Shown one piece after another: positions 9,816-20,499 of a stretch of DNA of 64,000 bases. The position numbers and the translations under genes were made by a program. The first letter of the stretch is position 1; each line of letters begins with the position of its first letter. The notes beneath the pieces are model-generated. The model was given only the letters and a program-made list of their open reading frames with translations, was not told the DNA's origin and made no database searches. The stretch comes from a virus (taxonomy: Duplodnaviria > Caudoviricetes), in IMG/VR virus record IMGVR_UViG_3300021963_006915, positions 37,378 through 101,377 of that record. One strand, 5' to 3'.

Positions 9816-12476
9816 ATGTATCAGAATATCTTTTTCGATAAAAAAACAAATACCTGTCATCTTTGGGATGATAAACAGGGTTATACTAACTTTGTGTTTA
9901 GACCTTATGCTTATAGAAAGCGTAAGGGTGGTAAGTATAAGAGTATTTTTGGAGATGAATTGGAGAAGGTTTATTCCTTTAATCCAAGAGATCCATCTTT
10001 ATTTGAATCGGATGTTCCCATCGAAACTCGTATACTTATAGATGCATATGAAGACACCGATGATCTCTCTGTTGGGCACCGAGTTTTGTACCTTGATATC
10101 GAAACTAGCTCGGAAGGTGGCTTTCCGAATGTCGAAACGGCTGATAAAGAAATCACAGCAATCGCCATATACGATAGTGCCATTGAAAGATACACAGCAT
10201 TTATTTTAGATCGGGACAATAAACTTCAAGATTTCTCTCAAGACAACGTTGATGTTCGTAGTTTTACAGACGAAGAAAGTCTGTTGTCTCATTTTGTTAC
10301 CAAGTGGGAAGAAATCCAACCAACTATTGTAACTGGTTGGAATAGTGATCAATTCGATATGCCTTATTTGTATCGTCGAATGAAGAACATAATTGGTCAA
10401 TCACAAGCCAAACGTATGAGTCCTATTGGTGTGACTTATATCAATGATTGGAGTAAAAAACTCGTAATCGCTGGTGTAACTCATATTGATTATATGGATC
10501 TTTACAAGAAGCTAAACATCAAACAAGAGGCTAGTTATGCTCTAGGAGCTATTGGTAAGAAAGTTGTTGGTATGGAGAAGATTGCCTATCGTGGTAGTCT
10601 TGATGATTTGTATAAACAAGATATTAACAAGTATCTTGAATATAACTTGAACGACGTTAAAATTATTGTAGCGTTAGAAAAGAAGAAACAATTTATTGAA
10701 CTAGCTAGAGCTATTTGTCACAAAGGACATGTACCATATGATTGTTACCCAAAGAGTTCACGATTCATTGAGGGTGCTATTCTTATGTATCTACGCCGTA
10801 AGGGGCAAGTAGCTAAAAACAAACCCATAGATGGTAATGAAGAATATGAAAGTCAAAAAGAAGACGGAGAAGAGGGATTTGAAGGTGCATATGTTAAATC
10901 TCCTATTCCTGGCCGTTATGATTGGGTGTTTGATTTGGATCTTACATCAATGTATCCGAATATCATCATCTCACTTAACATCAGTCCAGAGACTAAAGTA
11001 GCTGTTATTGATAAGATTGATTTTGATGAATCTTTTCTAAAAGAAAGACGAGATGAATTGGTTGAAGATTATAATAATCTGAGTGATAGTACTCAGAAAC
11101 AAACACCGTTGGATAGTTATATTGAACAACGATTGAATCAATATAATGCGAAGATGTTTACACAAAATCGTATCTCCAATTATCACATTGGTGGTAGTGT
11201 GTATAGTAATGATGAATTCAAAAAGTTGGTTAATGAGTCTAGACTAAGTATTGCTAGTAATGGTGTATTATATCACAAAGATGTTGATGGAGTTATTCCA
11301 GAGATTCTAGTGAAGTGGTTCGATGAACGTAAAGAAATGCGTAAATTGGCTAAGAAACATGCGGATGTAAAAGAATGGGAAATGTATGAGTTTTATGAAC
11401 AACGTCAAAAAGTACAAAAGGTTCTACTTAATTCAATCTATGGTGTATTGGGGTTACCGATCTTTAGATTTTATGATAAGGATAACGCGAGTGCTGTTAC
11501 CATAACTGGTCAAGATATTATCAAAACAGCCAATAAAGCAATCAATCAGTACTATAAACGTGTACTAAATGAAAGTGAAAATAATGATCATGTTATTTAT
11601 GTTGATACCGACTCTTGTTTTGCTAGCGCTTTACCTATCATTCAAAAGACGATGCCAGAGATTAATATCAATGATGAAAAAGCAATGACTGATGCTATTC
11701 TAAAGGTTTGTGGTGAGGCTCAGTCTCATGTTAACAAAACCTTTGATATTATGGCAGACAGAATGTTTAACATTCAGAAACATCGTTTTGATGCAAAACA
11801 AGAAGTTATTGCCAAGACTGGTTTTTGGTTGGCTAAGAAACGTTATGCTCAGTTTATCATCAACAAGGGTGGTATCGTGTGTGATGAAATGGAAGTAAAA
11901 GGTATTGACGTAGTTCGTACATCATTTCCAATTCAGTTTCGTAAGTTCATGGAAAAATTCTTGGATGATATTCTTCGTAAAACTTCCAAGGAAATCATTG
12001 ATGAAAATATTCTAAAGTTCTTGGATGATAATTTGAAGAATTCTCCAGTCATTGAAATTGCTAAGAATACTAGCGTTAAGTTCAAGAGTGGTGGTGAATC
12101 AAAGACTGATTATAATCCAAAGACTCGTAATAAGTTCAAGTATATCAAAGGTACAACAGCTCAGGCAAAAGCCGCTTTGTTTTACAATGATCTATTAAAG
12201 CATTGGGAACTTGACAAGGTTGTTCCTCCAATTTTTCATGGACAAAAGATTAAATGGGTATATATTAAACAAAATGAGTTTGGATGTGAATGTATTGCTA
12301 TGAAGGCAGATGGTACTGATCCAGATAAGATCATGGACTTCATTAATGTGTATGTAGATAGAAATGCTATGTACGAACAAGAACTCAAGGGTAAACTATT
12401 GGACTTTTACAATATTTTGAACTGGTCATATCCAAGTCAGTCAGATGTTACCTTAAACGAGTTTTTTAGCTTTTAA
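9816..12476 (+). CDS. family B DNA polymerase (T4 gp43-like)
   Basis: Exonuclease motifs LDIET, GWNSDQFD and YNLNDV; polymerase motifs DLTSMYP, KVLLNSIYG, YVDTDS and KKRY. Confidence 0.97.
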   Translation: MYQNIFFDKKTNTCHLWDDKQGYTNFVFRPYAYRKRKGGKYKSIFGDELEKVYSFNPRDPSLFESDVPIETRILIDAYEDTDDLSVGHRVLYLDIETSSEGGFPNVETADKEITAIAIYDSAIERYTAFILDRDNKLQDFSQDNVDVRSFTDEESLLSHFVTKWEEIQPTIVTGWNSDQFDMPYLYRRMKNIIGQSQAKRMSPIGVTYINDWSKKLVIAGVTHIDYMDLYKKLNIKQEASYALGAIGKKVVGMEKIAYRGSLDDLYKQDINKYLEYNLNDVKIIVALEKKKQFIELARAICHKGHVPYDCYPKSSRFIEGAILMYLRRKGQVAKNKPIDGNEEYESQKEDGEEGFEGAYVKSPIPGRYDWVFDLDLTSMYPNIIISLNISPETKVAVIDKIDFDESFLKERRDELVEDYNNLSDSTQKQTPLDSYIEQRLNQYNAKMFTQNRISNYHIGGSVYSNDEFKKLVNESRLSIASNGVLYHKDVDGVIPEILVKWFDERKEMRKLAKKHADVKEWEMYEFYEQRQKVQKVLLNSIYGVLGLPIFRFYDKDNASAVTITGQDIIKTANKAINQYYKRVLNESENNDHVIYVDTDSCFASALPIIQKTMPEININDEKAMTDAILKVCGEAQSHVNKTFDIMADRMFNIQKHRFDAKQEVIAKTGFWLAKKRYAQFIINKGGIVCDEMEVKGIDVVRTSFPIQFRKFMEKFLDDILRKTSKEIIDENILKFLDDNLKNSPVIEIAKNTSVKFKSGGESKTDYNPKTRNKFKYIKGTTAQAKAALFYNDLLKHWELDKVVPPIFHGQKIKWVYIKQNEFGCECIAMKADGTDPDKIMDFINVYVDRNAMYEQELKGKLLDFYNILNWSYPSQSDVTLNEFFSF

Positions 12477-12482
12477 ATTGTT

Positions 12483-12896
12483 ATGAAAAAATACGAAGAT
12501 TTATTAAATATTCCAACTACAAGTGGAAAGTTTCCTTTATATACAAAGGATTTAACTTTGATTTCTAAGAAATATCAACGTGTGGTTATTGGTCAGAGAG
12601 GACCATATGTTGAATTTAGCAAAGATGAAATACAATTAAATAATTTGTATATACCTAAAAATCAGTTATATAGATTAAGTGATCCAAAGGTTTATTATAT
12701 TGAGTTCAGAACCACCGGCATATCCAGTGTTAAAGTATACTATCAAATGAGAAGTGTTGCGTATGCAGACTATAGAATCGAATATTTCTATATTTCTCCA
12801 GATGATTTGTATACAATATCCGAGTCAGGATTGATGCCGTGTATTAAACAGAAATATATCAGTGAGGTTCCATCGGAATTCTTTGAAACAATTTGA
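12483..12896 (+). CDS. hypothetical protein (RVVIGQRGPYVEF motif)
   Basis: 137-aa ORF between the polymerase and clamp genes. Confidence 0.65.
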   Translation: MKKYEDLLNIPTTSGKFPLYTKDLTLISKKYQRVVIGQRGPYVEFSKDEIQLNNLYIPKNQLYRLSDPKVYYIEFRTTGISSVKVYYQMRSVAYADYRIEYFYISPDDLYTISESGLMPCIKQKYISEVPSEFFETI

Positions 12897-12921
12897 CAAA
12901 AACAAATCGGTATAGTATTAT
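12893..12921 (+). promoter_or_regulatory. sigma70-like promoter TTGACA-N17-TATTAT
   Basis: TTGACA at 12893-12898 and TATTAT at 12916-12921, 9 nt before the ATG at 12931. Confidence 0.65.
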
Positions 12922-12930
12922 AGATAAGTT

Positions 12931-13668
12931 ATGAAAAAACAACTAATTAATTCATTCACAGACAAGTATTCCCTAAACGGGTTAATCGAAAGCGTAAAGT
13001 GGTCAGTAGTGTCTGCTGACAATCAAATCAAGACATCATCAACTAGCGATGACAAGAATATCTTGGCATTCGTTACTTTAAAGGATGCTGCTAAGTTGTC
13101 AGACATTGAGTTTGGTGTAAATGACACAGCTAAGCTCAAGAAGATGTTGGGTGTATTGGGAGATGAAGTAGAAATTACTACAAACACAACCAATGATAAG
13201 ATTACATCAATTACACTAACCAGTGAAGGTACTGAGGTACAATATGTTACCGCAGATCTAAGTGTTATTCCTCCAGTTCCAACATTGAAGAAGATGCCCG
13301 TCTTTAATTTGGAAATTGCATTGACCAAAGAGTTTGTTTCTACATTCGTAAAGGCCAAGAGTGCTTTGACTGAAGTAGATATTTTGACTCTAACCAAGGA
13401 CAAGAAAGGTAAGATCAAGATGATTTTGGGATTTAGTAATACCAATAGTAATCGTATTAATCTTGATATCAAGCCAGTAGAAGGTAAAGATAGTCTTGGT
13501 AAGACTCTACATTATAATGCTAAGTATCTAAAAGAGATCTTGACAAGTAATAGTGATTGTGAGAATGCTGTATTGAAGGTTAGTGACGCTGGTATTGCTC
13601 ATATTGAATTTGATAATGAGTCATTCAACAGCAATTACTATCTATTGGAAATCAAGAACGTAGCTTAA
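12931..13668 (+). CDS. DNA sliding clamp (gp45/PCNA-like)
   Basis: 245-aa two-domain alpha/beta pattern (FGVNDTAKL, YNAKYLKEIL, VSDAGIAHIEF, YYLLEI) between polymerase and clamp loader. Confidence 0.75.
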   Translation: MKKQLINSFTDKYSLNGLIESVKWSVVSADNQIKTSSTSDDKNILAFVTLKDAAKLSDIEFGVNDTAKLKKMLGVLGDEVEITTNTTNDKITSITLTSEGTEVQYVTADLSVIPPVPTLKKMPVFNLEIALTKEFVSTFVKAKSALTEVDILTLTKDKKGKIKMILGFSNTNSNRINLDIKPVEGKDSLGKTLHYNAKYLKEILTSNSDCENAVLKVSDAGIAHIEFDNESFNSNYYLLEIKNVA

Positions 13669-13674
13669 TAACTT

Positions 13675-14628
13675 ATGAGTTTCTTTACAGAAGAAGTTGT
13701 AGAAAAAAGTAATCATTCACTTTGGGCTGAAAAGTATCGTCCAGATGTAATTGATAACTATATCTGTAATGATCAGTTGCGTGATATCGTAAAAGATTTT
13801 ATTTCTCGCAAGGATATTCCACATCTATTGTTTCATGGTAGTGCTGGTACTGGTAAAACAACTCTAGCTAAGATTCTGACCAAGAATATTCCATGTGATG
13901 TTATGTATGTTAACGCATCTGACAATACTGGTGTAGACTTCGTTCGTGATAAGATCAAGCCATTTGCTTCTTCAATGGGTTTTCATGAACTCAAAGTGGT
14001 TATTTTGGATGAGGCTGATTATATGTCAACCAACTCTCAAGCATCACTTCGTAACTTAATGGAGACCTATAGTAAGAATACTAGGTTCATTCTGACCTGT
14101 AACTATGTTGAGAAGATTATTGCTCCTCTAATTAGTCGCAGTCAAGTGTTTAGACTAGAACCACCTGCAATGAAAGATGTAGCGGTTTATGTCAAGACTA
14201 TCTTGGATAGTGAAAGTATCAAGTATACGATGCCTGATATTGCAAGTGTTACAAAGGACTTGTATCCAGATGTACGTAAGATTGTAAATTTCTTACAACA
14301 AAGTAGTACTAGTGGTATTTTGAAGTTGGTTGCAACACAGAGTGCTAATCATGATCTTAAGAATAAATTAATTCTTTCTCTTAAGAATTGTAAAAATAAT
14401 CCGAAATCATTTAATGAGATTCGTCAGATGGTAAATGATTCTGGTATTAAGATGTTTGAAGAACTATATACTGAGTTATATGATCGTGCTGAAGAATTTG
14501 TGCCGGGTAAGGAAATAAATGTTATTATAGAAGTATCAGAGAGTATTTATCAGAGTGCGATGGTTGTAGACAAAGAAATTACGTTTATGGCTTGTATCGC
14601 AAAACTGATAAAAGTTATAAGTAAATGA
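13675..14628 (+). CDS. clamp loader AAA+ subunit (gp44/RFC-like)
   Basis: LWAEKYRP, GSAGTGKTT, NASD, LDEADY, FILTCN and SR motifs. Confidence 0.93.
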   Translation: MSFFTEEVVEKSNHSLWAEKYRPDVIDNYICNDQLRDIVKDFISRKDIPHLLFHGSAGTGKTTLAKILTKNIPCDVMYVNASDNTGVDFVRDKIKPFASSMGFHELKVVILDEADYMSTNSQASLRNLMETYSKNTRFILTCNYVEKIIAPLISRSQVFRLEPPAMKDVAVYVKTILDSESIKYTMPDIASVTKDLYPDVRKIVNFLQQSSTSGILKLVATQSANHDLKNKLILSLKNCKNNPKSFNEIRQMVNDSGIKMFEELYTELYDRAEEFVPGKEINVIIEVSESIYQSAMVVDKEITFMACIAKLIKVISK

Positions 14629-16040
14629 TAGTAACAAAACATTCATCTGACAATGTACAAAGAATTCTCGCCAAAAACGGGAATTCTTTTGTTTTATTAG
14701 CGGAACAACGCTTTTCTGTAGAAAAGGAAGAGTATAGTCAAGAAAATATATTTGTGGTCGATGATTTAGATCATTTATCACATATGACCTTACGATTGAT
14801 ATTTGAGTCTTATAAAAGTGGAATATTGATGTTTATAAACTCAACTTATGATAAAAAACGTTTTAATACATTAATTGTCAATAAGCTATTGAGTTATTTT
14901 GATACGTACAAGTGTTTTTATAATGTAATAGTTTATTTTGATAACAACTTTCCATTTAAGGATTTTTATACAAAGACATCAAATGTATTGAAAATTACAA
15001 ATTCTAGCTTTAGTATTAAAGATAAAGGATTGGTTTATATTGGTCAATATGGTACGTGTGGATATGCATCTGCAGCAAAAGGTTATATTGCCGACTATGT
15101 TTTGAAGGGGGTTAACATATCTTGGAAACCACTCAAATTTGACAATAGTAAGAACGACAATAATTACTATGTGGATGTATTGGCAGAGTCAGTTGTTGAC
15201 AAAAAGTTGGACAATGTTGATTTAACGATAGTACATAGCACACCCGATATTTGGGATAGATATATTAAGAGTGATGGTAGATATGTCGGATATTGTACTT
15301 GGGAAACAAATAAACTACCAACCAATTGGGTTAACAAGATTAACTTGACACCGGAAGTATGGGTGCCATCTTATTTTAATAAAGAGTGTTTTATTAATAG
15401 TGGGGTTAAATCTGATATTAAAGTTGTACCTCATGTATGGCATCCGCAACCAAGATTTAATAAGAGTGATATAACCATCAAAGATTGCTTTGGAAAGACT
15501 ATTCCTTCAGACAAATATACATACTATAGTATAGGAGAACTTAATTTTAGAAAAGGTATAGAAGACTTGGTAAAGGTGTTTGATAAGTTAAACGATGCAT
15601 ATCCAGATACCCAACTTGTTTTAAAATTACATTATAGAACATATGACGATACTAGTTTAGTGTATTGTATTGACACTATAAGAAAGTTGACCGGTAAATT
15701 GTCTGAGAATATCTTCCTGATATTGAACAATCTAAGTAATAGAGAAATATTATCACTTCATAGTTTTTGTGATTGTTATGTAAGTTTGAATAAAGGCGAG
15801 GGATTTGGATTGACTATATTTGATGCACATCATCATGGTAATATGGTGGTAACAACTGGCTATAGTGCTCCTGTTGAATTTCTTGGTAAAGATTACAAGG
15901 GATTGGTTAATTATAAACTAAATAAAGTAAGTGGAATGGAGTCATTTAGTACTAATTATTCTAGTGATCAAGAGTGGGCATATCCTGATTTGGACCACGC
16001 TTATGAGTTAATGAAAAAATGTTATGAAGATAAGTTATAA
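14625..16040 (+). CDS. GT4-like glycosyltransferase with N-terminal extension
   Basis: CGYASAA, TWET, VWVPS, RKG and GEGFGL motifs. Confidence 0.85.
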   Translation: MIVTKHSSDNVQRILAKNGNSFVLLAEQRFSVEKEEYSQENIFVVDDLDHLSHMTLRLIFESYKSGILMFINSTYDKKRFNTLIVNKLLSYFDTYKCFYNVIVYFDNNFPFKDFYTKTSNVLKITNSSFSIKDKGLVYIGQYGTCGYASAAKGYIADYVLKGVNISWKPLKFDNSKNDNNYYVDVLAESVVDKKLDNVDLTIVHSTPDIWDRYIKSDGRYVGYCTWETNKLPTNWVNKINLTPEVWVPSYFNKECFINSGVKSDIKVVPHVWHPQPRFNKSDITIKDCFGKTIPSDKYTYYSIGELNFRKGIEDLVKVFDKLNDAYPDTQLVLKLHYRTYDDTSLVYCIDTIRKLTGKLSENIFLILNNLSNREILSLHSFCDCYVSLNKGEGFGLTIFDAHHHGNMVVTTGYSAPVEFLGKDYKGLVNYKLNKVSGMESFSTNYSSDQEWAYPDLDHAYELMKKCYEDKL

Positions 16041-16386
16041 TACATTGGATAATACAGAGAAGCAATTTAAGTTGGTTGATGGAGTTTATTCAATTGAAAA
16101 TGATCGACTTACCAAATGGATGTGGACTGCACAAGAATTTAGTGGAGTTGTGAATAATATTGAATATATTACACTTAGTATAATGTCAAACATCAAGAAT
16201 AAGTTGATATATGAAGATAAGTCTATTGATTTGAATACTGAATGTTTGAATGTGGTAAAAATCAAGATGAGTGGTAAAACTGAGTTTAAGTTTAAACTGG
16301 AACTTCCGTATGAAGTTAATAATGACGCACGATCATTAGGTGTTATGTTAGTTGGTATAAAAGTAGAAGAGGATTTAATTTTTTGA
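16024..16386 (+). CDS. hypothetical beta-rich protein
   Basis: GVYSIE...WMWT...DARSLGV pattern; overlaps the upstream GT. Confidence 0.6.
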   Translation: MKISYNTLDNTEKQFKLVDGVYSIENDRLTKWMWTAQEFSGVVNNIEYITLSIMSNIKNKLIYEDKSIDLNTECLNVVKIKMSGKTEFKFKLELPYEVNNDARSLGVMLVGIKVEEDLIF

Positions 16387-16404
16387 TATGACAAGTTTAC
16401 AAAG

Positions 16405-17013
16405 ATGAAAAACTATAATTACACAACGGATTGGTTTGGAAATGGCGATGACTTAAAACAAATTATTAAATTTGATAGAGAATCTGAATTACATGTATTA
16501 GAAATCGGAGCGTTTGAGGGTAGATCCACCACTTGGTTTTTGGATAATTTATTACAAAATCCAAAATCAACAATTACATGTATAGATCCGTGGACTAGCT
16601 ATTCACAAAATTCTGATAGTTTTAATAGTTATAACACCGATGATGCTGAATTGAATTTCAAATCACATAAAAATACTTTTTTATATAACATATCAGAATC
16701 CGGCTGTGAAAGCAAAGTTATAGTAAAAGAGGGATTTTCTCACAAATTAATACCAGAATTGATTCTTGAAAATAAAAAATATGATCTAATCTATATTGAT
16801 GGAAATCACACAGCTCCATTTGTTTTAACAGATTGTGTATTAAGTTGGTATATTTTAAAAGAACAAGGTTTAATGATTTTTGATGACTATTGGTGGGGAA
16901 ATGGTTCTCTTATAACACCAAGACCCGCCATCGATACATTTATTCATATTTTTTCAGAATATTCTAAAGTTGTGTGGTCTGACTATAAAAAAGCAATTCA
17001 AAAAACAAAATAA
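16405..17013 (+). CDS. class I SAM methyltransferase (Methyltransf_24-like)
   Basis: LEIGAFEGRS, YDLIYIDGNH and MIFDDYWW motifs; paralog of 2147..2818. Confidence 0.88.
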   Translation: MKNYNYTTDWFGNGDDLKQIIKFDRESELHVLEIGAFEGRSTTWFLDNLLQNPKSTITCIDPWTSYSQNSDSFNSYNTDDAELNFKSHKNTFLYNISESGCESKVIVKEGFSHKLIPELILENKKYDLIYIDGNHTAPFVLTDCVLSWYILKEQGLMIFDDYWWGNGSLITPRPAIDTFIHIFSEYSKVVWSDYKKAIQKTK

Positions 17014-17034
17014 AAATTTACACTATATTAGTCT

Positions 17035-18063
17035 ATGAAAATATTATATTTATCATGTCATGCTGTATTGGAATACGACGAATTAAGAATACTAAATGAT
17101 TTAGGTTATGACGTTACATCGGTAGGAGGTTATATAAACCCTAAATCTCCACACGTAGATACTAGGCCTCCATTAATGATTGATTCAAATAAAGATAGAG
17201 AACATAAGATTAATAAATTATTTGAAACTAATAAGAGTAAAAGAATTCCTTTAGAAAAGTGTTCTTATACTTTAACTAAAGAAGTTGTTGATGACTATGA
17301 CATTATTTATGTGATGCATAATCTAGAATGGTTAGATATTAATTGGCCAATTATAAAAAATAAAATTGTTGTATTAAGAACATTCCTAAACTTGGGAGGT
17401 ACAGAATTACATATACAGAAATATGTAAATCAGGGTTTGAAGGTTTTACGTTGTTCTCCGATGGAACGGGAAATTGAAAACTATGCTGGTGAAGATGGTA
17501 TTATACGATTTTTAAAATATGAATGTGATTTTAAACCAAGAAACATATTACACGATCAAGTAATAACATTTGGTCAAAGTGTTAAACAACGAGGATCTTG
17601 GTGTGGAGCTGAACTAATAGAGGGTTTATCAAAGGAACTTCCATTTACAATTTTTGGACCAGCAAATGATGAATACAAGTTTTGGGGTGGTAGATTAAGT
17701 TATGAAGATCAGTTAATACAATTGGCTACTAATTCCTGTTATTTCTTTACAGGTACATTTCCAGCACAATATACACTTAGTTTTGTAGAAGCCTTGATGA
17801 CAGGCATACCAATTGTTTCTATGGGAAAAAACCTCTCACAATCAATTGTATCAAAATATCCATTTGAGGTACCTTATATATTAGATGAAATTGGAGGATT
17901 TTATGGAGATGATCTCACTGATATTAAAAATAAGTTACAAGTGATACTTGATGATAGAAAACTAAACGAAGAGATGTCGATTAAAGAAATATCATTAGGA
18001 AAAAAGTTGTTTTCGGCTGAACGAAATATGTATCTCTGGAAAGACTTTTTCAATAGTTTATGA
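17035..18063 (+). CDS. GT-B glycosyltransferase
   Basis: MKILYL N-terminus; YTLSFVEALMTGIPIV motif. Confidence 0.75.
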   Translation: MKILYLSCHAVLEYDELRILNDLGYDVTSVGGYINPKSPHVDTRPPLMIDSNKDREHKINKLFETNKSKRIPLEKCSYTLTKEVVDDYDIIYVMHNLEWLDINWPIIKNKIVVLRTFLNLGGTELHIQKYVNQGLKVLRCSPMEREIENYAGEDGIIRFLKYECDFKPRNILHDQVITFGQSVKQRGSWCGAELIEGLSKELPFTIFGPANDEYKFWGGRLSYEDQLIQLATNSCYFFTGTFPAQYTLSFVEALMTGIPIVSMGKNLSQSIVSKYPFEVPYILDEIGGFYGDDLTDIKNKLQVILDDRKLNEEMSIKEISLGKKLFSAERNMYLWKDFFNSL

Positions 18064-18530
18064 TTAAAATTCATCCAACTGCTATAATAGATACCGATTT
18101 AGGTAATATTGGTCAACATACTAAAATATGGTCTTATACTCACATTTGTAAAAATGCTATTATTGGTGAAAATTGTACAATTGGAGAAGGGGTGTATATA
18201 GGTCCAAATGTTAAAATTGGAAATAATTGTAAAATACAAAATCATAGTTTAATTTACGAAGGGGTGGAAATTGAGGATAATGTATTTATAGGACCAAATG
18301 TAATCACTACAAATGACAATTTTCCACGTGCGATGGGAGATTGGTCAGATAGATTCAAAAAAACTCTAATTAAAAAAGGTAGTAGTGTTTGTGCTAATTC
18401 AACTATCGTATGTGATGTTATATTAGGAGAAAATTGTATGATTGGAGCGGGATCGGTTGTTACAAAAAATATAAAAGACAACTATCTTGCGTATGGAAAT
18501 CCCGCCAGACACATAAGGAAAATATCATGA
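18060..18530 (+). CDS. hexapeptide-repeat sugar N-acetyltransferase (WbpD/FdtC-like)
   Basis: IHPTAII, repeated IGxN, FIGPNV.TTND and GAGSVVTK...GNPAR motifs. Confidence 0.9.
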   Translation: MIKIHPTAIIDTDLGNIGQHTKIWSYTHICKNAIIGENCTIGEGVYIGPNVKIGNNCKIQNHSLIYEGVEIEDNVFIGPNVITTNDNFPRAMGDWSDRFKKTLIKKGSSVCANSTIVCDVILGENCMIGAGSVVTKNIKDNYLAYGNPARHIRKIS

Positions 18531-19567
18531 AAGTTTTTGTAGATCTACATCATAGTGATTTATATTATTCTCTACATTTATTATTAGAGAAAAGATTGGG
18601 TTTTGAATTATATAGACCGGCTGGTATGGATTGGTTTAATGAAGGTTATTGGCAAATAGCCAAACCTTATAATCATGATATATCAATTGTTAAACAATTT
18701 TTAAATATTGATATCGAACATCCAGATCGATACCATCCACGATGTGGAAACTATAGTGTTTCTTGTAAAAATGATATTTACTATGTGTACGAACCTATAC
18801 ATGATTATTATCAAAAAGCAATAACATTAGAAACATTTAAAAATTTAAAATTTGATCTGATAATTTCGACAGTACAAGAACACGATCACACATTTCAAAC
18901 TTTAAAAGATAAATATCAACCAACTGCTAAACATATAGCACAACTTGGTAATGTTGGACAAAAGACTGAAGTAAAAAATGTATTCCATTCGGTAACGTAT
19001 AAGCCCTATCCATATCAAAATGCTGTTTTAATACATCAAGAAATTGATACAAATTTATACAAGTTTACTCCGATAAATTCTTCCACGAAGAACATATATA
19101 GTGTAGTTAATTTAGCTCCAGATATAGAAACTTATAATTTGTACAAAAATCAGATGACAGATTGTAATTTTAAATATTACGGAATAAATTCTCCTGATGG
19201 TATTTTGGATGGAACATTCGGAGTTTCATCAAAAATGATTGAATCTAATATTGGATGGAGTTTGAAGCCATTAGGCGGATTGGGTCATTCAAATATGGGA
19301 TGGTGTTATTCTGGTAGACCAATAATTACAAACATGAGCCAACATAGATTTTTTGGTGGTGTAGCTTTACAATTATTTGAACCCGATGTTACATGCATTG
19401 ATATAGAATCCAATGATTTAGAATTAAATATTAATAAGATAAGAGATTGGTTACTGCCTGAAAATACAATTAAATATGGAGAAAAGTTAAGAAATAGGTT
19501 TTTAGAGCTAGTAAACTATGATGTTGAAGAACAAAGATTTAGACAATTTTTATCTAAATTATTATGA
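18527..19567 (+). CDS. putative GT-B glycosyltransferase
   Basis: ATGA overlap at 18527 gives MKVFVDLHHSDL; GGLGHS...SGRPII C-terminal motif. Confidence 0.55.
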   Translation: MKVFVDLHHSDLYYSLHLLLEKRLGFELYRPAGMDWFNEGYWQIAKPYNHDISIVKQFLNIDIEHPDRYHPRCGNYSVSCKNDIYYVYEPIHDYYQKAITLETFKNLKFDLIISTVQEHDHTFQTLKDKYQPTAKHIAQLGNVGQKTEVKNVFHSVTYKPYPYQNAVLIHQEIDTNLYKFTPINSSTKNIYSVVNLAPDIETYNLYKNQMTDCNFKYYGINSPDGILDGTFGVSSKMIESNIGWSLKPLGGLGHSNMGWCYSGRPIITNMSQHRFFGGVALQLFEPDVTCIDIESNDLELNINKIRDWLLPENTIKYGEKLRNRFLELVNYDVEEQRFRQFLSKLL

Positions 19568-20499
19568 TATTTGACTTAAAAAATTTAGACATAGAGATAT
19601 TAAAAAAGTTTAATGGTTTAAATAATTATTTTAATCCATCACACTTTGAGGGTGATGTCACACAAATCCGAGGTAACATTCATAAAACAATACGTGTGAC
19701 CAAAACTATATTTCGTAGAGAGTCTATATTTGATAATAAGATTCTTGTAAGCGATATAGTAGATGATCAAGACAATGTTTTATTACAACACTATACAGAT
19801 GAAAACTTTTTATGGTCTTATGAAGATGCTAGATTTATAAATAACAATGAGATAAGTGTATGTTGTTGTAAACGAGATAAGAATGATATTGAAAAAATAG
19901 TGAATGTGGAGTATAAAAGATATAATTTAACCACAAAAGAGTTAACTCACTTTAAAACACAAAATGCACATTTTGAAAAACATTGGCAGTTTTATAAAGA
20001 TAAAATTATTTATCATGTAAATCCATATACAATTATGGATAGTAATGAAAATATTATTTATAAGAAACAAATTAATTTACAACCATGGATTGAAAAATAT
20101 GGTAATCCAGGTTTGAGTACAAATGTGTTTGAAGTAGATGGCATTAAGTATTTATTGTTCCATAGTTATGTATGGTTTAGCCGTCTTCATTTTAAATACT
20201 TCATTGGATTGTTACGTTTAAATGATGATTTATCTCCATTTGCTTATGCAATTAATCCACTATTTGAATCCAACAGAGAGTATAGTGACAACGTAGTTTT
20301 AAATGACTTATGGAATTGGAGAAAAACCGAATTGTGTGAAGTTGTTAAATATGAAGTTATATTTCCTATGAATGTAACAACTTATAATGGTATTATAAAT
20401 ATTTATAGTGGATTGAATGATTGTAGCGCTGTTAATATTAAAATTGATAAACACACATTTATTGATAAAATCAAAAATGAACCATTTATATTAATATGA
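19564..20499 (+). CDS. beta-propeller glycosidase/phosphorylase-like protein
   Basis: YEDAR, EKHW, VIFP and YSGLND motifs resemble GH130-like propellers. Confidence 0.5.
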   Translation: MIFDLKNLDIEILKKFNGLNNYFNPSHFEGDVTQIRGNIHKTIRVTKTIFRRESIFDNKILVSDIVDDQDNVLLQHYTDENFLWSYEDARFINNNEISVCCCKRDKNDIEKIVNVEYKRYNLTTKELTHFKTQNAHFEKHWQFYKDKIIYHVNPYTIMDSNENIIYKKQINLQPWIEKYGNPGLSTNVFEVDGIKYLLFHSYVWFSRLHFKYFIGLLRLNDDLSPFAYAINPLFESNREYSDNVVLNDLWNWRKTELCEVVKYEVIFPMNVTTYNGIINIYSGLNDCSAVNIKIDKHTFIDKIKNEPFILI

